Source: Gammaproteobacteria bacterium (lineage in GTDB: Bacteria; Pseudomonadota; Gammaproteobacteria; UBA4575). Taken from it: a DNA stretch of 64,000 nt. Positions 13,167 to 23,891 of this stretch are shown here, piece after piece; position 1 is the first letter of the stretch, and every line of letters begins with the position of its first letter. A model generated the notes under the pieces. That model did not search any database and was not told where the DNA came from. It saw only the letters and a list, made by a program, of their open reading frames with translations. Position numbers and translations under genes: made by a program. The DNA lies in NCBI GenBank assembly GCA_029253965.1, contig JAQWYM010000077.1, positions 5,863 to 69,862 of the forward strand. Direction: 5' to 3'.

Positions 13167-14279
13167 TTGGTTCACTCTAGCGGTGACAGTCGGTACTATA
13201 GCAGGATGTCCTCTAAGCCCAACTCATCATCGCCACAAGTGCTCGTGCAGCAAATCCAGGAATGGGCGAAGCAGCTTGGATTTAATCATGTTGGCATCAC
13301 CGATACCAATCTTGATGAGCACGAGGCCTACTTATTGAGTTGGCTAGATAAGGGACACCATGGTGATATGACCTATATGGCGCAGCATGGTCAAATGCGC
13401 TCAAAACCAGAACAGTTACTTCCGGGCACACTGCGCATTATTAGCGTTCGCATGGACTATTACCCACCGCGTACGCGCGATCCTATCGCTGTTTTAGAAG
13501 ATAATGATCTTGCCTATATCTCACGTTATGCCTTGGGTCGTGATTACCATAAGGTGTTGCGTAAACGTCTGCAAAAACTAGCCGATAAGATTCAACAAGA
13601 GGTCGGTGAGTTTGGTTACCGTGCTTTTGTTGATAGCGCACCGGTACTAGAGAAGCCCTTGGCTGAAAAAGCCGGCTTAGGCTGGATAGGGAAGCACACT
13701 AATCTGATTTCTGCGGATGCTGGGTCTTGGTTTTTTCTCGGCGAATTATTCACTGATCTACCCTTACCACTAAGCTCAGTGGTGGAGAATGCCTGTGGTA
13801 GCTGTCAGGCTTGCATTGATATTTGCCCGACACAGGCCATTATCGCTCCTTATGAATTGGATGCTAGGCGCTGCATATCGTATTTAACCATCGAAAATAA
13901 AGGCAGTATTGCTGAAGAATTTAGGAAGGCTATTGGTAATCGCATTTATGGCTGCGATGATTGTCAGCTAACCTGTCCCTGGAATAATTTTGCTAAAACC
14001 TCAGAGCAAGCTGACTTTGCCGCGCGTCAGCGACTAGATTCATCGCGCTTAGTTGATCTATTTTCATGGGATGAGGTGACTTTTTTAAAAAACACGGAAG
14101 GCTCTGCAATGCGTCGAATTGGTCATCCACAATGGCTAAGGAATATTGCGGTAGCATTGGGTAATGCGAATAGTAGTGAAGAGGTGATCAGGGCCTTAGA
14201 GACGCGTCTGGGCTATCCGAGTGATATGGTGCAAGAACATGTTACTTGGGCACTCGCACAACATCAGTTACCGCACTAG
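13167..14279 (+). CDS. queG: epoxyqueuosine reductase
   Basis: Two 4Fe-4S ferredoxin motifs (CGSCQACIDICP, CDDCQLTCPWN) and C-terminal HEAT-like repeats. Divergent from tsaE as in E. coli. Confidence 0.88.
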   Translation: MVHSSGDSRYYSRMSSKPNSSSPQVLVQQIQEWAKQLGFNHVGITDTNLDEHEAYLLSWLDKGHHGDMTYMAQHGQMRSKPEQLLPGTLRIISVRMDYYPPRTRDPIAVLEDNDLAYISRYALGRDYHKVLRKRLQKLADKIQQEVGEFGYRAFVDSAPVLEKPLAEKAGLGWIGKHTNLISADAGSWFFLGELFTDLPLPLSSVVENACGSCQACIDICPTQAIIAPYELDARRCISYLTIENKGSIAEEFRKAIGNRIYGCDDCQLTCPWNNFAKTSEQADFAARQRLDSSRLVDLFSWDEVTFLKNTEGSAMRRIGHPQWLRNIAVALGNANSSEEVIRALETRLGYPSDMVQEHVTWALAQHQLPH

Positions 14280-14866
14280 GTCTTTTTCCAGCTTAAAATA
14301 TGATTGTTTGCTGGCAATGCCCATGATGTTGCTGCGATTAATCCATTCTTAAGAGCGAGTTCATCGAGATTATTCTTATCACGTAGGCCGGAGTCTGGGT
14401 CTTGTTGACGTAGAAAGTGGTCAAAGTCGTGATTGCTTTGGCTGCTGAACTGACCATCAAAACTAAACGGGCCGTAAAGATAGAAGCAAGCACCTTGTTT
14501 AAGGACCGTGCTTAAACCGAGAAACAGATCTTCAATCTGAGACCAATGCATAATGTGCGCAATATTAGCCGCATAGGCCGCATCATAGCTCTGTTGAGGC
14601 CAGTCTTGACTGACATCTAAAACAAAAACGGCGGCTGTGTTTTTTAGACCTGCTGATTCTAACCAAAGCTGAATACCTGCTATCTGATGGCTTTGATCGC
14701 TGCAGTGCCAAGTCAAGTGAGGCATTAGCTTGCTGAAATAAACCGCATGCTGGCCTGTACCACTACCGATCTCAAGCAGGTCACGATTGTCTTTTAGCTC
14801 GGTTAACAAGAGCGCTGCAATAGCCTCTTTATTTTCATCAGCAGCGGCAGCGAATGGTTTTTTCAT
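14276..14866 (-). CDS. class I SAM-dependent methyltransferase (DUF938-like)
   Basis: LEIGSGTGQHAVYF SAM-binding motif I. 196 aa. Confidence 0.65.
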   Translation of the reverse strand: MKKPFAAAADENKEAIAALLLTELKDNRDLLEIGSGTGQHAVYFSKLMPHLTWHCSDQSHQIAGIQLWLESAGLKNTAAVFVLDVSQDWPQQSYDAAYAANIAHIMHWSQIEDLFLGLSTVLKQGACFYLYGPFSFDGQFSSQSNHDFDHFLRQQDPDSGLRDKNNLDELALKNGLIAATSWALPANNHILSWKKT

Positions 14867-14893
14867 GGTGTTTATGAGGGCCGTGGTTAAGGT

Positions 14894-16495
14894 TTAATCA
14901 TTACGCTTTATCAGATAGTCGAGTAGAGCAGCCGTAGAACTATCAAACGGCCCATCGACTGATTGATTCTTGAGGTCATGTAATATTTTATCACCGAGGG
15001 TCTTACCAAGCTCTACACCCATCTGATCAAAAGAATTGATATTCCAAATAATGCCTTGAACAAAGACCTTATGTTCATATAGCGCTAACAACCTACCAAG
15101 GCTGTTGGGCGTGAGCTTTTCAAAGAGTAGAGTATTGCTTGGACGGTTACCCTGAAAACTCATGGCGCCTGCGAGCAAATCAATGTCACTAGCATTATTT
15201 GCTTCTAGCATCGCGGTGCTTTCTTCTAGGCTGCGCCCAGTCATCATTGCCTGTGATTGAGCAAGCATATTAGAGAGTAGAATTTGATGATGTTCTTGGC
15301 TATAAGTTGTTTCTCGAAAGCCAATGAAGTCACAAGGAACTACGGTTGTACCTTGGTGTAATAACTGATGAAAAGCATGTTGGCCATTAGTGCCTGCTTC
15401 ACCCAGTAGAATGGGGGCAGTTTGATGCCTGCATGGCTGACCCTTACGGTCTATATTCTTACCATTACTCTCCATGTCGAGCTGTTGCATATAGCGCGGC
15501 AAGCTACGTAAACGATAGTCATAAGGTAAGACAGCGTAAGCAGGTAGGTTTAAGAAGTTACGATTCCATATACCAATCAGTGCCATGAGTACTGGTGCAT
15601 TCTCGCGCAGTTCTTGGGTTCTGAAATGCTCATCCATGGCATAGGCGCCAGCTAGCAGTTGGCGGAAATGATCCATGCCTATAAGCAGCGCCAAGGGAAG
15701 GCTAACAGTGCTCCATAGCGAATAACGCCCTCCCACCCAATCCCACATACTGAGAATATTGTCAGCGCTTATACCAGCCTTTTGTGCCAGCGCAGTATCC
15801 GCTGTGATACCTACAAATTGTTTCTGTATGGCGGATGGGTCACCCGTTTTTTCTTCTAGCCAGCGCATGCAGCTATGCATATTAGTACTGGTTTCTTGTG
15901 TCGTAAAACTTTTTGAGATGACGATGAAGAGCGTCTCTGTGGGCTCGATTATTTCTAAGACTTCATGCATCTCATGTGCGTCAACATTACTGATGTAATG
16001 AATGCGAACATCTTTTTGGGCGAAGGTTTGTAAGGCTTCACAAGCAAGTTTGGGGCCTAGATAAGAACCACCAATACCAATAACCACAACTTCTTTCATT
16101 GGTTTATTGCTGCAGCCAAGCCATTTCTTTTGACTGAAACGCTCAACCATCTGTTGCATATGGTCTAGTTCTTTTAAAACTAGCGACTGTCTAGAGTTTG
16201 GTCTAGGGTCACGTAATGCGGTGTGTAAGACGGCACGTTGTTCGGTATGGTTGATGTTATCGCCATTAAAGAGGCGTTCACGCCAAAGCTCCAGTTTTGC
16301 TTCAGAAGCTAGTGCGAATAAGTTATCAAGTGTGACTTGATTAATACGGTTCTTGGAATAATCTAGAAGGCCACCTTCAAATTCTAAATGAAATTGCTGA
16401 TAACGATTTTTCTGCGCTGCGAAAAGATCACGTAGCTGTTGATTTTGAATATCCCCTAGATGATCGTTTAGGGCATTCCACGCGACTGAGGTCAT
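14894..16495 (-). CDS. pgi: glucose-6-phosphate isomerase
   Basis: PGI family signatures along 530+ aa. The ORF track starts at a TTG (16522) that abuts a terminator hairpin; the real start is probably the ATG at 16495 (MTSVAWNAL). Confidence 0.92.
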   Translation of the reverse strand: MTSVAWNALNDHLGDIQNQQLRDLFAAQKNRYQQFHLEFEGGLLDYSKNRINQVTLDNLFALASEAKLELWRERLFNGDNINHTEQRAVLHTALRDPRPNSRQSLVLKELDHMQQMVERFSQKKWLGCSNKPMKEVVVIGIGGSYLGPKLACEALQTFAQKDVRIHYISNVDAHEMHEVLEIIEPTETLFIVISKSFTTQETSTNMHSCMRWLEEKTGDPSAIQKQFVGITADTALAQKAGISADNILSMWDWVGGRYSLWSTVSLPLALLIGMDHFRQLLAGAYAMDEHFRTQELRENAPVLMALIGIWNRNFLNLPAYAVLPYDYRLRSLPRYMQQLDMESNGKNIDRKGQPCRHQTAPILLGEAGTNGQHAFHQLLHQGTTVVPCDFIGFRETTYSQEHHQILLSNMLAQSQAMMTGRSLEESTAMLEANNASDIDLLAGAMSFQGNRPSNTLLFEKLTPNSLGRLLALYEHKVFVQGIIWNINSFDQMGVELGKTLGDKILHDLKNQSVDGPFDSSTAALLDYLIKRND

Positions 16496-16520
16496 AGTTT
16501 TTGACTGCAAAGTTAGAGGC

Positions 16521-16551
16521 AAAAAAAACGGGCCTAAAGCCCGTTTTTTTA
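16521..16551 (-). terminator. Rho-independent terminator (A-run, acgggc/gcccgt stem, T-run) upstream of pgi, ending the panBC transcript
   Basis: aaaaaaaacgggcctaaagcccgttttttt read directly from the sequence. Confidence 0.8.
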
Positions 16552-16563
16552 TTGAACTGAACC

Positions 16564-16668
16564 CTATCGATAGATAGTGCCGTTCTTAAGGTGCTTAAAT
16601 ATGTTCAACTGGGCCGCTAGGTTAATTACTACGGCTAGAACAACACATCCGATTACAAGCCATGCCAT
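16564..16668 (-). CDS. possible 34-aa single-TM small protein (MAWLVIGCVVLAVVINLAAQLNIFKHLKNGTIYR)
   Basis: GGAG 7 nt upstream of the ATG. Hydrophobic helix. Lies between panC and the terminator. Below the ORF-track length cut-off. Confidence 0.3.
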   Translation of the reverse strand: MAWLVIGCVVLAVVINLAAQLNIFKHLKNGTIYR

Positions 16669-16759
16669 ATCTATACTCCAATATATTCTTAATAACAGAA
16701 TGTAGTATACACCAGAAAATGCTCTTGCAACCCCTTCAGGCAGTGCGTTTGTCTAAATA

Positions 16760-17626
16760 TTAAGGCTCAGGTGGCAGTTCAAATAGGATGTTATCAATTA
16801 AGCGCACTTTTCCTATTCTTACAGCGGCTAGTGCAATGGCGTGGCTGGTTCCTGCGCGTACAGCCTGTAAGTCGCTGGCATCCCTGAGATCAAGGTATTC
16901 AACTTCAAGTGATGACTGGCCTAGGTGTGTTGCCGCTTGAGCAAGGATAGTGGCTAGATTATCTAGCCGCTGAGGTTGCTTGGCCTCTACCGCGATATGT
17001 TTAAGGGTTGCGTAAAGTTGGCTGGCAAGGTGCCGTTCTTCAGTTGATAAATGCACATTACGTGAACTCAGCGCTAGGCCATCTTCTGCACGTACAGTAT
17101 CCAGCGCCTGTATCTCAACATCGAAGTTTAGTTCTGAGACAAGCCGTTGAATAATTAAGAGCTGTTGGTAATCTTTACGGCCAAAGACTGCAATATTAGG
17201 TTCTATTAAATTAAACAGTTTACTGACTATGGTAGCAACGCCAGTAAAGTGCCCGGGCCGATGTGCACCACAAAATTCATCACCTAAAGCAGGTATATGA
17301 ATCTTCGGTGTAAGCGCCATTCCCAGTGGGTATAACTCATCGACTGTGGGTCTAAATATGGCTTCAACGCCAAGCGCTGAGAGTTTTTGTAAGTCTGATG
17401 CAAGGCTGCTGGGGTAGCGCTTCAAGTCATCAGCATTATCAAACTGCAAGGGATTGACAAAAATACTGACAATGACGTGGTCTGCTTTTGCCTTGGCATG
17501 TTTGACTAAGGCTAAATGGCCATCATGTAAATGCCCCATGGTTGGGACTAATGCAATACTTTGTTGGTTACGGCGCCACTGATTAATCTGTGCACGCAGG
17601 GGACGTAGTTGTTCAATAATATTCAT
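16760..17626 (-). CDS. panC: pantoate--beta-alanine ligase
   Basis: HxGH motif (PTMGHLHDGH) and cytidylyltransferase-like fold. 288 aa. Adjacent to panB. Confidence 0.93.
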   Translation of the reverse strand: MNIIEQLRPLRAQINQWRRNQQSIALVPTMGHLHDGHLALVKHAKAKADHVIVSIFVNPLQFDNADDLKRYPSSLASDLQKLSALGVEAIFRPTVDELYPLGMALTPKIHIPALGDEFCGAHRPGHFTGVATIVSKLFNLIEPNIAVFGRKDYQQLLIIQRLVSELNFDVEIQALDTVRAEDGLALSSRNVHLSTEERHLASQLYATLKHIAVEAKQPQRLDNLATILAQAATHLGQSSLEVEYLDLRDASDLQAVRAGTSHAIALAAVRIGKVRLIDNILFELPPEP

Positions 17627-17642
17627 ACTAATGAGTTATATC

Positions 17643-18434
17643 TTATCTAGGAAAGGCGCCAGACTTAACTTCAGCAACATAGTCTTCAATAGCCATTTGA
17701 ATGCTGCCACTAGTTAAGTAGTTTTTTGCAAAGCTGGGTGTTTTTCCAGCAGTAATACCAAGAATATCCTGCAGCACTAGAATCTGTCCATCACAATCTT
17801 TGCCTGCACCAATACCAATCACGGGGATTGAAACTGTCTGCTGAATTTTAGCAGCCAGTGGGTGCGTAATGCACTCAACTAAGAGCAGGTCTGCCCCAGC
17901 TTTTTCTAAGCTAATGGCATCTTGTAAGATATCTTCAGCAGCCTCAATGTCCTTGCCCTGTCGCTGATAGCCACCTAACTTATGAATATATTGAGGACGC
18001 AAGCCAAGATGGGCGCAGACAGGGATACCGCAGGCACTCATTTCCTCGATGATTTCACTCTGTCGCTGAGTGGCTTCCAACTTCACCATCTGCGCACCAC
18101 CTTCCTGCATTAGGCGAGTGGCATTAAACAGGGCTTGATCAATATTGCTGTAACTCATAAACGGCATATCAACGACGACCAAGGCACGTTTGCTCATCAA
18201 GCTGACACAGCTACTATGATAAATCATGTCATCCATGCTCACGGAGACCGTTGAATTATGGCCTTGAATAACCATGCCCAAGGAGTCACCAACAAGAATA
18301 ATATCAACGCCCGCTTGATCAAGGACCTGTGCAAAGCTGGCGTCATAAGCGGTTAAGCAAGCGATCTTCTCACCACGTTTACTCATCGCAGATAGCTCTC
18401 TTACACCAATACCATAACTTGCTTCTAGGCTCAT
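17643..18434 (-). CDS. panB: 3-methyl-2-oxobutanoate hydroxymethyltransferase
   Basis: KPHMT family, 263 aa. panB-panC operon. Confidence 0.93.
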   Translation of the reverse strand: MSLEASYGIGVRELSAMSKRGEKIACLTAYDASFAQVLDQAGVDIILVGDSLGMVIQGHNSTVSVSMDDMIYHSSCVSLMSKRALVVVDMPFMSYSNIDQALFNATRLMQEGGAQMVKLEATQRQSEIIEEMSACGIPVCAHLGLRPQYIHKLGGYQRQGKDIEAAEDILQDAISLEKAGADLLLVECITHPLAAKIQQTVSIPVIGIGAGKDCDGQILVLQDILGITAGKTPSFAKNYLTSGSIQMAIEDYVAEVKSGAFPR

Positions 18435-18438
18435 TTTA

Positions 18439-19089
18439 TTAACTCGCGAAGGGTAGCGGATTGAAGTAGCGCCGGCCGCTGGTCGTATTTAGGATCTGTG
18501 TTTTAAGTTGCTCATAGTCACCTTCATTGTTAATAAAATCAATCTCGGTGGCATTGACGACTAAAAGAGGTGCTGCTGAATAGTGGTGGAAAAAGTCAGC
18601 ATAGGCTTCGTTTAAGCGCTCTAAATAGGCCGCTTCTATGTGGCGTTCTATGTGGCGCCCACGTTTTTTAATGCGTTCCAACAGAGTGCTGACCGGAGCT
18701 TGTAGATAAACCACTAGATCAGGGGTCGGTGCATCAATAATCAAGTGTTCAAAAACCTGTTGGTAAAGGTCATATTCAATAGGTGATAAGGTAACTTGAG
18801 CAAAGAGCTGGTCTTTTTCTAGTAGGTAATCAGCTACTTTGGCATGATTGAAGAGGCTGCTCTGACGCAAGCTCTGCATCTGTTTAGTGCGCTGCATTAG
18901 AAAGAATAGCTGCGCTGATAGCGCTGCTTCGCTGGGGCGATGGTAAAACTGATCAAGAAATGGGTTTTCTTCAATTTCTTCACGCACCAAATCGGCTTCA
19001 AAGTCGAGTGCGATACGCGAGGCTAGGCTGGATTTACCGACCCCAATCGGACCTTCAATAACAACAAAATCTGGCAGTGTTGAACCCAT
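18439..19089 (-). CDS. deoxynucleoside kinase
   Basis: P-loop IEGPIGVGKSS and dNK-family architecture. Sits between folK and panB as in Pseudomonas-like gammaproteobacteria. Confidence 0.75.
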   Translation of the reverse strand: MGSTLPDFVVIEGPIGVGKSSLASRIALDFEADLVREEIEENPFLDQFYHRPSEAALSAQLFFLMQRTKQMQSLRQSSLFNHAKVADYLLEKDQLFAQVTLSPIEYDLYQQVFEHLIIDAPTPDLVVYLQAPVSTLLERIKKRGRHIERHIEAAYLERLNEAYADFFHHYSAAPLLVVNATEIDFINNEGDYEQLKTQILNTTSGRRYFNPLPFAS

Positions 19090-19107
19090 AGTCTTCTTAA
19101 TTTTCGC

Positions 19108-19608
19108 TTAGTCTTCTAATAACGCCAATCCATTGGCGTAACATTTTTGAGATAGACGATCGACTCTACCTACACCTGCGATGATGAGGTTTTTATCGAT
19201 TTCTTGCAACGGGTAGAGTACGAATTCACGCAGACGTACACCCGGGTGTGGAATAGTTAAGCGTGCGCTGTTAATTTTTTTATTGCCATAGCTGAGGATG
19301 TCTAAATCCAGTGTGCGTGGCCCCCAATGTTCACCTAAACGCTCGCGGCCATGCTGGTTTTCTATTGATTGTAGCTGGTTAAGCAGCTCTTCTGGCTCTA
19401 AATTGGTCTTGATACTGGCAACAGCATTGACGTAAACCGGCTGATCGGGCGGGCCCATCGGCCGACTCAAATAAAGCCCAGAATGCTGTTCTAAGTCACT
19501 CTCAGGGAGTAAGGCTAACTCACGTAGTGCAATAGCAATCTGGCTGCTAGGATCTTGCAGATTGCTCCCTAAACCGATGTAAGCCAGTGTTCGGTAATTC
19601 TTTTTCAT
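19108..19608 (-). CDS. folK: 2-amino-4-hydroxy-6-hydroxymethyldihydropteridine diphosphokinase
   Basis: HPPK family, 166 aa. pcnB-folK order conserved. Confidence 0.9.
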   Translation of the reverse strand: MKKNYRTLAYIGLGSNLQDPSSQIAIALRELALLPESDLEQHSGLYLSRPMGPPDQPVYVNAVASIKTNLEPEELLNQLQSIENQHGRERLGEHWGPRTLDLDILSYGNKKINSARLTIPHPGVRLREFVLYPLQEIDKNLIIAGVGRVDRLSQKCYANGLALLED

Positions 19609-19627
19609 GTCGATTCCGAGCGCCTAT

Positions 19628-20986
19628 TTATTCGCTTGAGTTACTTTGCTGGCCACTCTTTGACGCCCGTGATTTTGCCTTAGGCTCTCTTCTAGGTTCG
19701 GGACGCTTTTCGATCATTAATTGCTTTTCCTCAGGCCCACAGGCCTGAATATCTGTCCACCAGTCTGCTTCTGCCTGACTCACTTCACCAAGGAGTGTGC
19801 GTAGGCACATGAAATCATAAGCAGCACGAAAACGAGGGTGAGCGATAAATTCGGGGATCTGACGACTGCGGATGCGTTCAAAGCGACTTTGGAACTTCCA
19901 TATTTCACAAATGGTAATAGCAAATCGTTTTGGAATCGTGGTGTGGCTAGCCTGACGAAAGATAGTATTGCGTCCTGCATCCCAAATGCTTTCTGGGCTA
20001 ATTTTGCCATGGCGAGTTCGTTGCGTGACCGCATGTTGGAATGAACGCCAAAGTAATACAGCAAAAATAAAGGCTGGATTGACACTTTTGCCGATATTGA
20101 TGCGAGCATCTGTATTACCCAAGGCACCGACGATGAAGTCTTGTAGCTGTGGGTCATGCCCCAGCTCTTTTTCTGTCATTGGGAATAACTGATGGAATAA
20201 GCCGTGTTGCTTGAGTTCATGGAAGCAATTGACAGCGTGACCACTATGAAAAAGTTTAATAGTTTCATCAAATAGTCGTGCAGATGAAATATCAGTGAGT
20301 AGATGCGCGCACTCAGCGATGGGTGCTGCGGTATCGGTTTCAATTTCTAAGCCTAATTTTGCGCGAAAACGCATCGCACGTAGCATCCGTACGGGGTCTT
20401 CCCGATAACGGGTTGATGGATCTCCAATCATGCGTAGATAACGTTTTTCTACCGCATCCATGCCTGAGCAAAAATCTAAAACTGCAGATTCAGTTAAGTC
20501 GTAATAAAGGGCGTTTATTGTGAAGTCACGTCTTAAAGCATCTTCATCAATATCACCAAAGGTATTATCACGTGTTATCTGACCGTTATTAAATTGAGTG
20601 TTTGGACTACTACCACTCCCAGAGACCTGCGCACGAAAGGTCGAAACCTCAAGAAATTCACGACCATAGTAGACATGAACAATTTGGAAGCGGCGACCAA
20701 TAATACGGCTGCGATCAAATAAGCGGCGAACCTCTTCTGGGGTCGCATTTGTCGCAACATCGAAATCTTTTGGCGTCATGTTGAGTAGCAGGTCACGCAC
20801 ACAACCACCAACCAGATAGGCTTGATATCCCTTATCGGTCAGAGTTTTGACGACACGTTTGGCGTGCTTGCAGATCTTCTGCTCGTCAATATTGTGTTCT
20901 TGCGCGAAGGTTTTTTGGGGCAAGGTTGATTGCTGTCTATTTATATTCACTTCGACATTATAGGTGAGTGTAGCCGCGAATAGCAC
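19628..20986 (-). CDS. pcnB: poly(A) polymerase I
   Basis: Nucleotidyltransferase motif GGCVRDLLL and CCA/PcnB head domain. Basic C-terminus. Confidence 0.9.
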   Translation of the reverse strand: MLFAATLTYNVEVNINRQQSTLPQKTFAQEHNIDEQKICKHAKRVVKTLTDKGYQAYLVGGCVRDLLLNMTPKDFDVATNATPEEVRRLFDRSRIIGRRFQIVHVYYGREFLEVSTFRAQVSGSGSSPNTQFNNGQITRDNTFGDIDEDALRRDFTINALYYDLTESAVLDFCSGMDAVEKRYLRMIGDPSTRYREDPVRMLRAMRFRAKLGLEIETDTAAPIAECAHLLTDISSARLFDETIKLFHSGHAVNCFHELKQHGLFHQLFPMTEKELGHDPQLQDFIVGALGNTDARINIGKSVNPAFIFAVLLWRSFQHAVTQRTRHGKISPESIWDAGRNTIFRQASHTTIPKRFAITICEIWKFQSRFERIRSRQIPEFIAHPRFRAAYDFMCLRTLLGEVSQAEADWWTDIQACGPEEKQLMIEKRPEPRREPKAKSRASKSGQQSNSSE

Positions 20987-21071
20987 TAAAGCTGTTCAGA
21001 GTTGGTGAAAATATCAGCAGTAAAAGGCAATACATCTATATAAGAAGGGCTTAAATATAAAAATAGGGGCG

Positions 21072-21109
21072 AAAAAAAACGGCCCGAAGTCTCCTCAGGG
21101 CCGTTTTTT
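21072..21109. terminator. bidirectional Rho-independent terminator between amtB and pcnB
   Basis: gaaaaaaaacggcccgaagtctcctcagggccgtttttta: cggccc/gggccg stem flanked by an A-run and a T-run. Confidence 0.8.
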
Positions 21110-21130
21110 AGTGAATCAAGCAAGGCTAGC

Positions 21131-22423
21131 TTACAGATTATAGCCTTTCTCTTCATGTTCACTGATATCGAGACCGTTGGTTTCACTCTCTTGATCAACA
21201 CGTAATCCACAGATTAAATCAGCAGCTTTGAGACAAATGAAGCTAGCCACCGCGGTCCATGCAATGACCACTGCGACTGCTGTGATCTGAATCATCACTT
21301 GATCAGAGATACTGACGCCTTCGGCTAAACCGACACCACCAAATTGGCTGGCTACAAACACTCCAGTGAGGATGGTGCCAATAATACCTCCAACCCCGTG
21401 AACTGGGAACACATCTAGAGAATCATCAATCTTTAGGGTGCGCTTGATGAAGTTGGTTGCCATAAAGCAGATGATACCGGCGCTGATACCAATGACGATT
21501 GCGCCCATAGGGCCAACAAAGCCTGAAGCCGGTGTGATACTGCCCAAACCTGCAACCATACCGGTGACAATACCGAGTACGCTAGGTTTGCCATACTTGA
21601 TCCATTCTAGGAACATCCAGGTGAGTGAGGCCAGCGCAGCACTAATATGTGTCACTAAAATAGCCATACCCGCATCACCATTTGCAGCAAGTGCGCTGCC
21701 ACCATTAAATCCAAACCACCCCACCCAGAGCATGCCTGCGCCGGTAACGGTCATCGTTAGGTTGTGTGGAGGCAGTGGTGTGCTAGGGAAGCCACGGCGC
21801 TTACCGACCATAATGGCAGCCACTAAGGCGCCGACACCGGCAGTAATATGCACAACGAGGCCACCAGCAAAGTCCATGGCGCCCATCTCGCTTAACCAGC
21901 CACCACCCCATAGCCAGTGACAGACAGGGAAGTAGACTAAAAACATCCAAAAAACAGTGAACCAAAGCATCGCGGAAAAACGCATACGTTCAGCGAAGGC
22001 ACCGACGATTAATGCTGGTGTAATGATGGCAAACGTCATCTGGAACATAACGAAAACCGTTTCAGGGATAGCGCCTTGTAAGCTATCACGGGTGACATTG
22101 GCAAGCATGGCGTTACTACTACCGCCAAGCCAGGCATTCATACTGCCACCATCACTAAAGCTTAGGCTATAGCCTAATACTAACCAGAGTATCGAGGCGA
22201 CACAGGTGATTGCAAAACACTGCATGAGCACGGAAAGGACGTTTTTACTACGTACTAGTCCGGCATAAAACAGGGCAAGACCTGGGATAGTCATAAATAA
22301 GACTAGGGCCGTTGACGTTAGAATCCAAGAAGTATCTGCGCCGTTAAGTTCATCAGCGATTGCCAGCCCTGGGAGCATTATGCTGGCCAAAGCTAGAGAT
22401 AAGAAAAGAGTAATCTTTTTCAC
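21131..22423 (-). CDS. amtB: ammonium transporter
   Basis: Amt/MEP family with 11 TM helices and a signal peptide. Downstream of glnK. Confidence 0.93.
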   Translation of the reverse strand: MKKITLFLSLALASIMLPGLAIADELNGADTSWILTSTALVLFMTIPGLALFYAGLVRSKNVLSVLMQCFAITCVASILWLVLGYSLSFSDGGSMNAWLGGSSNAMLANVTRDSLQGAIPETVFVMFQMTFAIITPALIVGAFAERMRFSAMLWFTVFWMFLVYFPVCHWLWGGGWLSEMGAMDFAGGLVVHITAGVGALVAAIMVGKRRGFPSTPLPPHNLTMTVTGAGMLWVGWFGFNGGSALAANGDAGMAILVTHISAALASLTWMFLEWIKYGKPSVLGIVTGMVAGLGSITPASGFVGPMGAIVIGISAGIICFMATNFIKRTLKIDDSLDVFPVHGVGGIIGTILTGVFVASQFGGVGLAEGVSISDQVMIQITAVAVVIAWTAVASFICLKAADLICGLRVDQESETNGLDISEHEEKGYNL

Positions 22424-22441
22424 GTTTAGTCCTTTAATTTT

Positions 22442-22810
<369 letters not shown>

Positions 22811-22910
22811 TTATAAGTATGCCATTCGCTAGGGCAGTTGGCACCTTTGATAAGCAGGCTGCTCTAGAATGGTGCGCTAATCTCAGTGTTGAGTTTATCC
22901 TGTCCGCGGC

Positions 22911-23891
22911 CTAACTTGCTTTGACAGCGCGAAATAATCCACGCACAGGGGCAGGATGACCTTCGATGGTTTTGCTGTGATCATTCGGATCCAGAAAATT
23001 TGCCAGCGAATAACTGGTCATCCACTCGCTGGCACGTTGTTCACTCAAATGAGTTGGCGTTTTTTCCAAACACTCTATCTGTCTAAAGCCAGCACTTTGA
23101 AGTTGTTGCTGGATAAAGCCTGGGCTAGCAATACTCCATACATTACGCATGCCCGCATAGCGATCCTTTGGAACCAATTCTATAGAGTCATCGCTATCTA
23201 AAATCAATGTCTCAAGATAAAGTGTGCCAGTAGAATTCAGGCGATCAAAGAGCTGACGTAGATGTTCTTGTGGCTGACGCCGATGATAGAGCACACCAAA
23301 AGAAAGCACGTGGTCAAAGTTATCCAAGCCGGCAGGTAACTCTTCAAAAGGCAGCGGTAGCAGGTGAGCATCCGGTCTGTTTTTCAGTATCTGAATAATG
23401 GCCTCAAACTGTGCTAGAAAAACTAAACCAGGGTCTACACCGATGACTTGTTTCGCTCCGGCACCCAACATGCGCAACATATAATAACCGTTGCCAGAGC
23501 CAACATCTAAGACACGCTTGCCATTTATATTAGAGAGATGCTTTGCGAGGCGACTCCATTTTTGTTGGCACTGCCATTCACTATCTATTGCGATACCACA
23601 ATAATTAAAAGGGCCTTTGCGCCAAGGCGCCAATGCTTTTAAGGCGCTGAGTATGTCAGCCAGCTGTTCTGCATTTATGTCATCTGCGTGACCGACTGCA
23701 GCCGCATCGGTTGAAAAGTTAAAGTCTGTACTCAATGCCTTAGGTAAACTATCAACAGCAGCTTGCCACTGATTAAAATGGCCATGAGATGGATGAGCAA
23801 AGACGTTCTTTAATTTCTCTGCTAACTCATCCTGCCACTCTGTCTTAGCTAGATCGGGATGTAGCAAAGCAGTGTAATTTTCTAGTTTCAT
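22911..23891 (-). CDS. cmoB: tRNA U34 carboxymethyltransferase
   Basis: CmoB family. Start MKLENYTALL overlaps the cmoA stop (ATGA), giving cmoA-cmoB coupling. Confidence 0.88.
   Translation of the reverse strand: MKLENYTALLHPDLAKTEWQDELAEKLKNVFAHPSHGHFNQWQAAVDSLPKALSTDFNFSTDAAAVGHADDINAEQLADILSALKALAPWRKGPFNYCGIAIDSEWQCQQKWSRLAKHLSNINGKRVLDVGSGNGYYMLRMLGAGAKQVIGVDPGLVFLAQFEAIIQILKNRPDAHLLPLPFEELPAGLDNFDHVLSFGVLYHRRQPQEHLRQLFDRLNSTGTLYLETLILDSDDSIELVPKDRYAGMRNVWSIASPGFIQQQLQSAGFRQIECLEKTPTHLSEQRASEWMTSYSLANFLDPNDHSKTIEGHPAPVRGLFRAVKAS

Noticed and set aside
20986-21210. 74-aa minus-strand ORF spanning the amtB-pcnB terminator
   Set aside because: It overlaps the bidirectional terminator hairpin and the amtB 3' end. 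No plausible RBS.
21438-21920. 160-aa Pro/Ala-rich plus-strand ORF
   Set aside because: Antisense within amtB. Its composition reflects the hydrophobic codons of the membrane protein read backwards.
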